A DNA stretch of 64,000 nt. It comes from Tubulanus polymorphus (taxonomy: Eukaryota; Animalia; Nemertea). The position numbers and the translations under genes were made by a program. The stretch is from contig NC_134030.1 of the NCBI RefSeq assembly GCF_964204645.1, positions 1,285,355-1,349,354 on the forward strand, written 5' to 3'. The stretch's first letter is position 1. The number at the start of each line of letters is the position of its first letter. This document shows positions 51,286-62,905 of the stretch, piece by piece. Under the pieces are notes generated by a model. That model saw only the letters and a program-made list of their open reading frames with translations, ran no database searches and had not been told where the DNA came from.

Positions 51286-52559
51286 CTAAAAACATTAGTT
51301 ATAATATTAAATAATATGAAAATATATAATATATCGAGCCAGTCAAACAGTTCAGTACTTTCTTACAACTATTCTTAATCATGAATAAATTAGCATGGAA
51401 ACAGTAAATTTGTACTAACAGTAGGATACGGGCTTGATGTTGAGGGCCCGCAACCCACGTTTTTTTCACTGCTTTCGGCATTATCTAGAATAATAAGTAA
51501 AACTATAAAATCATTTGAAAATAAATTATATATCAGATTGTCAAACGGTTCAATACTTTCTTAATCATGGTATGAATAAATTAGCATGGACGCAGTAAAT
51601 TTGTACTAGCACCATCGTTTGTACTGGACGTGAGGGTGCCCTCGCTCATTGAAATTCCCTTTTGTTTACCATGAGGTAACATTTCAGATGGAGCCACTTT
51701 GACTATAATAAACGGTTGTAGTTCTACTGTTCACTGCTTCAGGTTTTCTATTGCAATATGTCACTATTGAACAAGAAACAAGAAATCAATCGAAGTTTGT
51801 CCGAACTGGTTTTTCAGTTTTTCTCCACTCGTCTTTAACGGGCTATCAATCAATATGGTCGAAAGTGCAGAATGTTCCAGCTGATAAAAACTGGGTTCCA
51901 AAATAATCAGCCCTTTGCATGTGATGATGCGAACGATCTGCCTGGGTGCACCCTGGTATAGATTTGACGATGCAGTAATGTATGACGGACATTACCTGTC
52001 AGTAGCAGAAGCAGGGTTTAATATTCTATATATATATATAAATTTCGGTTTCAAGCTCAAGAATGATGACTTCAAACAGGTGTTTACGATAACTTACGTC
52101 AATTCCGGACATAGAAATATCAAACCGCCGTTGATGTTGCTGTTGTTGTTGTTGTTGTGTTCTATTAGCGTAAGGGCTTGACGTTGAGGGGCCCGCGCCC
52201 GAGGTTTTTCTGATGGCTTTTGGCATAATTCGTAATGTGGATGGGCTGGCGTCCCATGTGTTTTGTTTGCTTTTAGCATACTTGAATGGTTAATGCTTAA
52301 CATCTCTCCCAGATTGTATTGGCTTGAAACCTGCCTTATTGGTATCTAGAAAAATATGTATAACTATTTAATCATTTGAATATACATTTTATAATTAGTC
52401 AGTCATACAGTTCAGTACTTTCTTACACTTATTCTTAAGCATAGTATGAATAAATTAGCATGAAAAGAGTAAATTTGTAGTTAGCAGCATACGGGCTGGG
52501 AGTAGAGGGGCCGGCGCCCCACATTTTTTCATGGCTTTTGGCATTGTTTTCTTTGTTTG

Positions 52560-52760
52560 TGGCAGCAACTATGGGTCGGTCTGTCTTGAGTTTGTTGGTT
52601 GTTGCAGCAGCTATGGGTCTCTCTTGAGTTTGTTGATTGTTGCAGCAGCTGGGTCAGTCTTGAGTTTGTTGGTTGTTTCAGCAGCTATGGGTCAGTCTTG
52701 AGTTTGTTGGTTGTTTCAGCAGCAGCAGCTATGGGTCAGTCTTGAGTTTGTTGGTTGTCT
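52560..52760 (+). repeat. ~38-bp tandem repeat x5
   Basis: GCAGCTATGGGTCAGTCTTGAGTTTGTTGGTTGTT. Confidence 0.85.
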
Positions 52761-53217
52761 TGATTTTTTTCTATAGGAATTCAAGAACAAAGTAGTTGCA
52801 TGTAGGTAGACACATTCATGAATCACTCAGTGTCTTCCTGTCCCACCATAACTTCCTTGATCCTCATTACTCGGATTTATTCTCTGAACCACTTTTCCAT
52901 GTTTGTTGTGGTTTGTTTGTTTTGATTTGCTGGTGGTTTAAGCATGCATGTAGAGGGAGCTCTATCAATCCAGGAACAGTCAGCTCACAAGCAGCCCCTG
53001 CCCCAAAAGGTTTAGACATATTTTCAAAAGCTCTTGTTCTGTAGAACCGAGAGCGGAGCTCTGACTTGATCCCCTCACTGCTGAGGTCTACTTTCTCTGA
53101 TTCGCTGATTGGCTTCTCTTTGGTACATTTTAGATGATCAAAAACTAGAAACTGTCATGCGTTTATTCATTTTGGTATATGTTAAAATTCTTTTACAGTA
53201 AAGGCATATTAGGCACA

Positions 53218-54268
53218 TCAAAACAAATCCGGAATTGTCCCCGAACGAAGTGGCTCCCTCCACTCTCCATCAGTATGCCGGGCCACCACCTCTACCTCTC
53301 GGGCCACTCGATCCCTCGCCAGCTTTTTGGGCGAGTGAACGAGTGACCGCCCGAGATACGGATGGAGGAGCAGGACCCGCACCTGCCCCAGCCCCACCAC
53401 CATCCCTCCTCGGCCTCTTCCTATTAATTCTTACCCCTTCCTCCTGATTGCCTTGATCAGCTGCGCCATCCGCAGTGGCAACTCTTGCCTCCCCTCCCTG
53501 AGGAGCCACGACGACCGCAACTTTTCTTTTCCTTTTCGTGCGAGTTTTTTTTGGCGGTGGTCGTGTCTGTAAAGAGAAAAAAATGAACAATAAGTATTTA
53601 GTATAATACACCTATGTGCGTATAATACACCTATGTGAGTCCTTCGCTATTAAACACATAGAACTGTGGAACTGGATCCCGAGGCTAATCTAAATGCGCG
53701 CAACTGAGTCCAAGTGCAACTAAAGCACACAACTGCGGATCAGATAAATCATTGGTAGATTCACTTGTAAAATATCTCGCTAAGAACAAACTGAAAACTG
53801 TAGAATGTTGTTGAAACTGTTGTGTGTTATTCATTTGGGTATATGTTATATTTAAATTTTTTTCAGTGAAGGCATATTAGGCGCACATGAACGTCTCATG
53901 CGTTCAAGGCATATCCCTTCACTGAAAGAATATTCTTTAGATCAGTTAACAAATCCGGAATTGGCCCCGAACGAAGTGGCACCCTCCACTCTCCATCAGT
54001 ATGCCGGGCCACCACCTCTACCTCTCGGGCCACTCGATCACTCGCCAGCTTTTTGACGAGTGACCGCCCAAGATACGGATGGAGGAGCAGGAGGAGCAGG
54101 ACCCGCACCATCTCCAGCCCCACCACCATCCCTCCTCGGCCGCTTCCTATTTATCACCTCCCCTTCCTCCCGATTACCTTCGTCAGCCGCACCATCCGCC
54201 GGGACCACTCTTGCTCCTCCTCCCTGCGGAGCCACGACGACCGCAACTGGTACTTTTCGGTTTCTCAT
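53218..54268 (-). pseudogene. Two tandem inverted copies of gene A exon 9 (53566-53218; 54268-53896), both frameshifted near VTRSLAKK
   Basis: ORF track shows TRPPPKKTRTKRKRK...VTRSLAQK and MRNRKVPVAVVVAPQGGG...; the C-terminal half continues in another frame. Confidence 0.88.
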
Positions 54269-55212
54269 GGTTTCCCACCATCTTTCAAAAGAGAACTATC
54301 GATATATCATTAGCTACAAGGAAACTTTTCAGAAACTTTTTCAGGTCATTCTTTCTTGTATTATTAGCATTTGATTCTCTATATATCGTCAGAACATGGA
54401 CTCAGAGTGTTTCTTTAATGGTTAAGAATGTCTCTTTCACCAACATCCCCCTTAGCCTGGTTCCTACATATCCCTTCCCTTTCCTCCTGATTACCTTTGA
54501 TCCCCACTGCCTAGCAGCTAACAGCTGCTGCTATTTTATCTGGTTTACATGTTTTGCAGATAGTGTCTGTTATGCTATAGTTGTTCTTTTAATCGTTTAA
54601 CTTCTTCATCTGAAATTTCATTATTCTAATTTCAGTTTCACGCAGGAAATGGTTCATGAAAATCTGCATTGAGACTGGGACGAAATGTGCATTGAGACGG
54701 ATGAAATCTGCATGAACAGAGATATACTTTAAGATCCCCATTTTATCCATCGGAGTGAATGTACATCCACTACTCACAGGTAGCAAACCTACAAACGCTA
54801 AACACTCATCCCTGGGCCCTGATTCAAAAATAAAAATAAAAGATTAAATTAAGAATTAACATTTTTATGAATCAGTGATCAGTTTCATAAAATAATTCCT
54901 AAATTAATTTTAGGGGTTTATTATTTCAGATTGAAATGAATTCTTCATGTTTATGCAATTCTCATTATCTTTCATTGCAGCATTTATATATTCAATTTTA
55001 ATCATACATGTGAAATATATAATGTATTTTCAGGGAAACGTAAACAAGAAAGGAAGGGAAGGGAAGAAAGAGAAAGGAAGGGAAGAAAGAGAAGGGAAGG
55101 GAAGAAAGAGAAGGGAAGAAAGAGTTGGATGATTAATGCGCACTTATTCTCCATTCCGAATTCCTGTATTCGACTCTAGGTGATCATCATACGAACGAGA
55201 TATAGAAAAAAA

Positions 55213-55615
55213 ACATTACTGAAGTCATCTCTATTTTTTAGTCTCAATTTGTATTTCTAATTCAATTTACTAAGTGTGTAAGTCATCATTTGGATAAGTC
55301 GTCACATTACTGAAGTCATCTCTATTTTTTAGTCTCAATTTGTATTTCTAATTCAATTTACTAAGTGTGTAAGTCATCATTTGGATAAGTCGTCACATTA
55401 CTGAAGTCATCTCTATTTTTTAGTCTCAATTTGTATTTCTAATTCAATTTACTAAGTGTGTAAGTCATCATTTGGATAAGTCGTCACATTACTGAAGTCA
55501 TCTCTATTTTTTAGTCTCAATTTGTATTTCTAATTCAATTCACTAAGTGTGTAAGTCATCATTTGGATAAGTCGTCACATTATTGAAGTCATCTCTATTT
55601 TGAAGTCTCAATTAG
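55213..55615 (+). repeat. 91-bp tandem repeat x4.4
   Basis: CATTACTGAAGTCATCTCTATTTTTTAGTCTC... at 55214, 55305. Confidence 0.95.
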
Positions 55616-57744
55616 TATTCAGTTTACTTCAGATAACGTAATTTGGTTTAATCACAAGTCGTCAACATTATAATCAATGTAACTACAGTGACTACATTAT
55701 TGTCCTTTTATTGAGAAATTTATGTTAAATTTTGATTTCTGGGATAAATCAAAATTCAAATGTTATCATTTTTTGTATCAAAAATTGTAAAAAATTGAAT
55801 AACTTGTGTGCTATTGAAACATTCAGTTATGGGGAGTTTTTTGCTCAGAAAACTTTGAGCCTGTTTATACAAGTGTTGTAACAAAAGTGTTGAACAATTC
55901 AAAGATCATGTTTTTTATACTTTGCCATGTTAGAAAAAATGTTTTCTAATATATTGATGTTTCTAAAAAAACATATGATTCAACTTCAAACGGCCAACAA
56001 GCCTTCTAATAAAACTAGTTTGTCATATATATATATATATATATTATTTGGTCATTGTCAAGTTTTTTTAAAAATATTTTGGTTTTCTCAGCTTTCTCTG
56101 GTGGAAATTTCTTCGTGGAATTCCTCTTCTATACAAGTTCCTCCTCAGACTGTTTTAATGCGAGAGTTTTTAACAACCGGATCCTCAGAAAATGGTCGGA
56201 GTGCCAAGTCTTCGATTTAAGATCACCAGTCTTATCTGAGACCATAAGTTCACTAGCGATTCCAACAGCTATAGGATGGAACAGTATTATTATATAGGTC
56301 ACCACTGTGCAATTGAGCCCAGATCATCAGAAAAAGATAAAAGTGAAGATATGTGATGGGATTCATTGAAAATTTTGCATATATAATTAATTCATTGAAA
56401 TACTTAATTTGTATGACTTATTTTTTGGGAATTTTCGAATTTGTCATCAATAACTAGTATATATTTCTTTTCAAGTTGTGAGCGATCTAGTTCTCTGTCG
56501 ACCCATTGAAAATGAATCGACTCTGAACTGTAGAACTGGACCCAGGGAGCTGAATCTCGCGTGCCACAGCAAGATACAGAGCTCTTCAATGTCTTAACCG
56601 TCAGGTGCTGCCCCTAAACAAATCAATAGCGGTAAATCTGTGAACTAACTTATAGCTCGCTTGCCAGAGTAGAATCATAGCGAGCTGTCTAAAATCTTGA
56701 ACCGTCTAGTGCTGCCCCTTAATCGATATGTATCGGAAAAGTGAATTTATTACTCGCATGCCACAGTAGTTGAGTAGTTGGAACATCACGATAGACTCGT
56801 TTTTCTGTGCAGCTATAACGGGAACTATTTCAGATCTGATAATGAATATAAACTCAGTCACAGTTCGATAACAAACGCCGCTGGGTGAAATTGATGTAAA
56901 CAAATAATCGTGTTGAAATTGAATTTAGTTTAAGATATATTTTCGTGGTAGTTTTTATTTTCAAGCTGTTTACGTTCACTTCAAATGATGAAACGATGAA
57001 ACCATATTAAATACATCCCTGTTTTAGTGGGGATTTTGAGTTTTGGTCCTTTCCGTATCTTCTAGAAACATCAAGTAGAAAGGCATTAACTGAACCCTAT
57101 GTCTTTAACTTCAGGAGTCTATGGAGTTTTCGGATGCCTCTTTTCCTCACTTCTTGCATTCGTCACTATTAGAAATCCGGACAAACTGAATTCAGTTCGA
57201 CGAGGCCGAAGAACAGAAGACCAAAGAGTGATCTGCACTAGCCGCAGGGTTCGTGTTGGCTTGGATCGGTGGGAGGCAATCAAACCCCGACACGTGAAGA
57301 TGTATCCTCAAAAATGGATACCGGAACGCTTCTCTGGTTTACGATGATTAATTAGTCTGCAGGGATAACTCTTTGGCGGGGCGTGATCGCGTGAATAGCC
57401 CAAACTAAACCTTCAGAGTTCACTGTACTACAGCATACAACATCTGATAACTTGCATAATAAAGCGCGGCGTGCATGAAAAGAATTGTATAAATGCGGGC
57501 AAGATTCCGTGCCCTGGCAATCGAACGCCGGAGTGGAGGTATTCCATACACTGGTAGGTGAGTCGGAGCATAGACTGGTTGCTTGTCCCATAGAGACCGG
57601 TAACCAGTCTAGCCACCTCACGATCAGTCTACATTGAAAAACCATTACTGAAATATGGTTGACGGAAATATTCATTTCATATCAGATTCTGAAATATTTT
57701 CTCATATTGACTACAAAATTTTTATTATCTTCATAAGATAAATC

Positions 57745-59719
57745 TATGGAAGACCTCAGACGACATACGAGATATGAGATATAACATACGAGATATGAGA
57801 TGCAACATACGAGATACGACATATGACATACGAGATACGACTTATTTACAGTACGGGTGTCCGTCCGCTAGCGCCACCGCAGTGTATATTTTTCAACATC
57901 TACTCGGCGTTGCGGCGTATACTACGACACGTGCGCAGGCAGTGACGTATACATTAACTATGAATATCAATATGCGAAAAACGTTTCATTTGAAACGAAA
58001 AATATTCGATCAACCACTCCCGGGGACCGGCTTCTCGCTGTGACGTCAGTGGGCCACTCTTAGTGTGAGACACCGATGGTCCGGTGATTCGAGTTGGCTC
58101 CAAATACGGGGCTACAGCCCCTAAATCCACCAAAAACGCCTCAAATTCCATTTTTGAGTGTACAAAAATCCCTCAAAAAGAGTTAGCCATGGCCCCTTCA
58201 AATTGGTGGTCACTAAGAATTGCGCCTAGTCAAGGGTTTAAACTTCGCGTTCGATCGAGGGTTTTCGATGAAGAATGAAAGATGTATGTATATTACGAAT
58301 GCCGATGACCAAAGAGTTTGAAAAAAATTCCGACACACGCGGAATCTGTTTAGTGTACTATGATTTCAACGAATGAATTGGAAACATGGACATGAATTAA
58401 AAATACTAAAGATAACATAAATTTATTGAATGAATTATTCATTAAATATCAGAATGGAGTTCCATTGTATCACTCTCAGCTCCTGGCCCTAGTCCAGCTG
58501 ATTTCGTTTATCACGACGTTTTTTGCGACGGGTGCAAACGCAACATGCAACGTTCCGGTGTTCCGCTAATTCCCTGTCTAAAGAAATGTTACTTGATATT
58601 TCCATGGATCTCTTATCTTTACAAATGTAAGAGCTGTTGTGTTTTGCTGAAGACTTATGTATGTGGTTCATGTACTTTTGTCAATAACAGTTTTAAAACT
58701 GGCCATGATAATTGATAAGAATGATCTTAAATTGGATTCTCCGATTATGAAAGTTATTCAGATTCAGCCATTGGCCCTTTTCATGAAAGATGTCAGAAAA
58801 GAAAGATAGCCAAAAAGCCCTCAGAATACACAAGTACCTAAATTGAACAAATTTTCAGGGGAGGACCCCAGACTATGGCTTCAGAAAGACAGTGCCGCAT
58901 ACTGCCCTGACGGTTAGCGAAAACTGGCCAGTCTCGACTCTCAACGGCTGGTCTAGTGGACTCACCAGTCTGCCCCGGTAGCTCGATAGGGATGGAATTT
59001 AGTTGGGGATTTCACACCTTGAGAGAAAGCACGGGAGTTCTTAATCTGGATACCAGGGCGATGTACGGGTTCCCGGGTTGTTTGGGATTCAAGAACTCAG
59101 GCAGGGGTGTCAAACAGCGGAGGAGGGGTACAAGGGAGCCGGGATTTCCGGCTGCGGATTTAGAATTTTGATTTCTGATGCAGAAAAGCCGGCGGTTACG
59201 GTGGGCGGTGAACAGTAGTTATTTTTTCTGCAGGCAGTGAGTAACCGGAACCCCGGCTCCTGAACACCAGGCCGTTTTCAGACCAAAGGAAGACAAGAAA
59301 TAGCATAATATTATGAACTTGAACAGTTTGATATCTTTTTAGTTTTGTGATTTGAAAAACCTTTCGTCGCCCGCGGGAGAGGAACGGCCGGCGCGCCTAG
59401 TCCAGGGTGTTCACAGTATGGCCTAATCGTTGTGTCCGGTCCAGGTGTCCATTATCCAAAAGAAATCTATTTCTGGTTTGAATAAAAATGTTGACTATGT
59501 TGGTTTTCATATAATTGACGATGACTGTACGCGTCACCATGTTAAACGATTTATATGCAGTAAATATTGAAAAAACATACACTGCGGTGGCGCTAGCGGA
59601 CGGACGCCCGTACTGTAAATAAGTCGTACCTCGTATGTAATATGTCGTATCTCGTATGTATCATCTCATATCTCGTATGTTATATCTCATATCTCGTATG
59701 TCGTCTGAGGTCTTCCATA
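57745..59719. mobile_element. Non-autonomous IS3EU-type DNA transposon (1975 bp)
   Basis: TATGG...CCATA termini, long TIRs (>150 bp) with ACATACGAGAT sub-repeats, perfect 6-bp TSD TAAATC (57739-44, 59720-25); no transposase ORF. Confidence 0.8.
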
Positions 59720-60059
59720 TAAATCTGCCAAAGCTCAACAATTTGAATTAGTGAAAACCGATGTGCGAAGTCGTCAATTCAGTAGCCCGATAGAGCCCGG
59801 TAACCAGTCTAACTGACAATGTTCATTGCGCGGGAATGAACAGGCAACCAATCTACGATGAAAAATCATTTCTGAAAAATTATGAACGGAGATATTCATT
59901 TTACTTTGAATTTTGAATTATCTTATAAAACTGACAGCCATATTAACCAAAATATTAATAGTAAATCTGATAAAATCTAATACCGGTTTTAGAATAGGTG
60001 AAAACTGATTTATGTGATGCCGTCGGTTCAGAAGACTGATCCGTAGAATCGTTCGCCAC

Positions 60060-60225
60060 TTTCTTCCGGTCCACTTACTTCCGCGTTTGTGATTTGCATA
60101 CAAGTAGTTTGAATGTTAAATGTATTAAGCCGCGTGTTGATTGGTTGAGGTCAGTGCGGTTTACTGAACGATGACCAGCTGTCAGCTGATCGAATCATTC
60201 GTTTCACAGACATTACGACGTAAGT
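60060..60225 (+). promoter_or_regulatory. Candidate promoter and 5' non-coding exon of gene A (next unit)
   Basis: CTTCCGG (ETS-like, 60063), ATTTGCAT (octamer, 60092), ATTGG (60140), Inr-like TCATTC (60195) and donor GTAAGT (60220). Gene A's ATG exon has an acceptor, so it needs an upstream exon. Confidence 0.45.
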
Positions 60226-60840
60226 ATATTTTACATCTTTGATCAAAAATTGTAGTGTAAAAAAACTCAAAACTAAGGCCTCTATAAATGATCGATTGAC
60301 TTTAAATGATTACTTTAGCACAGCTCTTGTAGACAATGATTAGGTGTCAAAGTAGTTTAGCTCGAAAGTGCACATATAAGGTTAATTTTCATCCCTTATT
60401 TAGAGACCGAGGTATTGAGCGTCCATTTCAGCCCTTCAAACATCATCAACCTACCTCAAACTGACTGTTTTTAAATCCAGCAATAGTTACCTAACTATTG
60501 ACTCATCATGGATTCGATTCAAAAACAATTTTTGATGATCATAGTGATTCGAAACGTTTGAATTTTTGAAAAACACGAATGCTAAACGACGGATCCGGAC
60601 TTCGATTGCGGCCCAATGGCAGAGTTGATTTTCTTATTTGGAATTTGAAGATATAAATCACTGAAATCAATTGGTTTTCTCAACCAAAATTAAAATTAAG
60701 AAGAATTTAGGATGGAGATGTTTGATTTTCATTTTGTCTAAAATGCCGACTTAAAAATTAATTCAATTGAATCAAATTAATGAATTCATCATTTCACGAT
60801 ATTATAGATAATCAAAATGTGAATATGAAATCACCTTTTC

Positions 60841-62853
60841 AATCGCTGTTTTTGGGTAAGATCGCAGTTTTTAGGTAAGATCGCAGTTTTTAGGTTAGAT
60901 CGCTGTTTTGAGGTTAGATCACCGTTTTTGGTTAGATTGCTGTTTTGTGTTAGATCACTTTTTGTGTTAGATCACAGTTTTTGTGTTAGATCGCTGTTTT
61001 TGGGTTAGATCGCTGTTTTGTGTTAGATCGCTGTTTTAGGTTAGATCGCAGTTTTTAGGTTACATTGCAGTATTTTGGTTAGACCGCAGTTTTTTGTTAG
61101 ATCGCAGTTTTTAAGTTAGATCGCTGTTTTGGGTTAGATCACAGTTTTTGTGTTAGATCGCTGTTTTAGGTTAGATCGCAGTTTTTAAGTTAGATCGCTG
61201 TTTTGGGTTAGATCACAGTTTTTGTGTTAGATCGCTGTTTTAGGTTAGATCGCAGTTTTTAAGTTAGATCGCAGTTTTTGTGTTAGATCGCTGTTTTAGG
61301 TTAGATCGCAGTTTTTAAGTTAGATCGCTGTTTTGGGTTAGATCACAGTTTTTGTGTTAGATCGCTGTTTTTAGGTTAGATCGCAGTTTTTAGGTTACAT
61401 TGCAGTATTTGGGTTAGACCGCAGTTTTTTTGTTAGATCGCAGTTTTTAAGTTAGATTGCTGTTTTGGGTTAGATCACAGTTTTTGTGTTAGATCGCTGT
61501 TTTTAGGTTAGATCGCAGTTTTTAAGTTAGATCGCTGTTTTGGGTTAGATCACAGTTTTTGTGTTAGATCGCTGTTTTTAGGTTAGATCGCAGTTTTTAG
61601 GTTACATTGCAGTATTTAGGTTAGACCGCAGTTTTTTTGTTAGATCGCAGTTTTTAAGTTAGATCGCTGTTTTGGGTTAGATCACAGTTTTTGTGTTAGA
61701 TCGCTGTTTTGGGTTAGATCACAGTTTTTGTGTTAGATAGCTTTTTTAGGTTAGATTGCTGTTTTTGGGTTAGATCGCTGTTTTAGGTTAGATCACAGTT
61801 TTTGGGTTAGATCGCTGTTTTGGGTTAGATCACGGTTTTTGTGTTAGATCGCTGTTTTTGTGTTAGATCGCTGTTTTGGGTTAGATCACAGTTTTTGGGT
61901 TAGATCGCTGTTTTTGGGTTAGATCGCTGTTTTGGGTTAGATCACAGTTTTTGGGTTAGATCGCTGTTTTTGGGTTAGATCGCTGTTTTGGGTTAGATCA
62001 CAGTTTTTGGGTTAGATCGCTGTTTTTGGGTTAGATCGCTGTTTTTGGGTTAAATTGCTGTTTTTGTGTTGGATCATTGTTTTTTGTGTTAGATCATTGT
62101 TTTTGGGTTAGATCGATGTTTTTGTGTTAGATCGCATTTTTGTGTTAGATCACTGGTTTTTTGTTAGATTGCAGTTTTTAGGTTAGATCGCTGTTTTTGA
62201 GTTAGATCGCTGTTTTGTGTTAGATCGCCGTTTTGTGTTAGATCGCCGTTTTTAGGTTAGATTGCTGTTTTTAGGTTAGATCGCTGTTTTTAGGTTAGAT
62301 CGCTGTTTTTAGGTTATATCGCAGTTTTTGTGTTAGATCACTGTTTTTGTGTTAGATAGCAGTTTTTAGGTTAGATCGCTGTTTTTGAGTTAAATCGCCT
62401 TTTTGGGTTAGATCACAGTTTGTGTTAGATCACAGCTTTTAGGTTAGATTGCTGTTTTTAGGTTAGATCCCTTTTTTTCTTAGATCGCAGTATTTAGGTT
62501 AGATCGCTTTTTTTGGATTAGATCGCTGTTTTTGGGTTAGATCGCAGTTATTGTGTTAGATCGCAGTTTTTTGTTAGATCGCTGTTTTTGGGTTAGACTG
62601 CAGTGTTTAGGTTAGATTGCAGTTTTTGGGTTAGAACACTGTTTTTCTGTTAGATCGCAGTTTTTTGTTAGATCGCTGTTTTAGGTTGGATCGCTGTTTT
62701 AGGTTAGATCGCAGTTTTTTGTTAGGTCGCTGTTTTTGGGTTAGAAAGCTGTTTTTGTGTTAGATTGGTGTTTTTAGGTTAGATCGCTATTTTTGTGTAA
62801 GATCGCTGTTTTTGGGTTAGATCGCTGTTTTTGGGTTAGATCGCTGTCTTTGT
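60841..62853 (+). repeat. 20-21-bp satellite, second copy (net 223 bp longer than the first)
   Basis: Offset between copies is 60700 before the array and 60923 after it. Confidence 0.97.
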
Positions 62854-62905
62854 GTTTTTGTCAATCATCATATCAAGATTTGCAATCCCAGTTGCCTTCA
62901 AGTTT

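Larger units (their letters stand above)
47260..52545 (-). pseudogene. Array of ~12 diverged copies of gene A exon 1 with flanking intron
   Basis: MPKA..K..G.GPS.SSPY-type exons starting at 47333, 47565, 47694, 47931, ~49047, 49243, 49424, 51285, 51481, ~51645 (partial), 52226 and 52544. Most are followed by TACAAATTTACTGYTTCCATGCTAATTTATTCAT. Confidence 0.85.
1..60700 (+). repeat. ~60.7-kb direct-repeat unit (macro-tandem repeat / segmental duplication); next copy starts at 60701
   Basis: AAGAATTTAGGATGGAGATG... at 1 recurs at 60701, followed by the same unique 140 bp, the same 20-bp satellite, the same spacer (1951 vs 62874) and the same 47-bp satellite. Only ~3.1-3.3 kb of overlap is visible. 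Confidence 0.75.
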
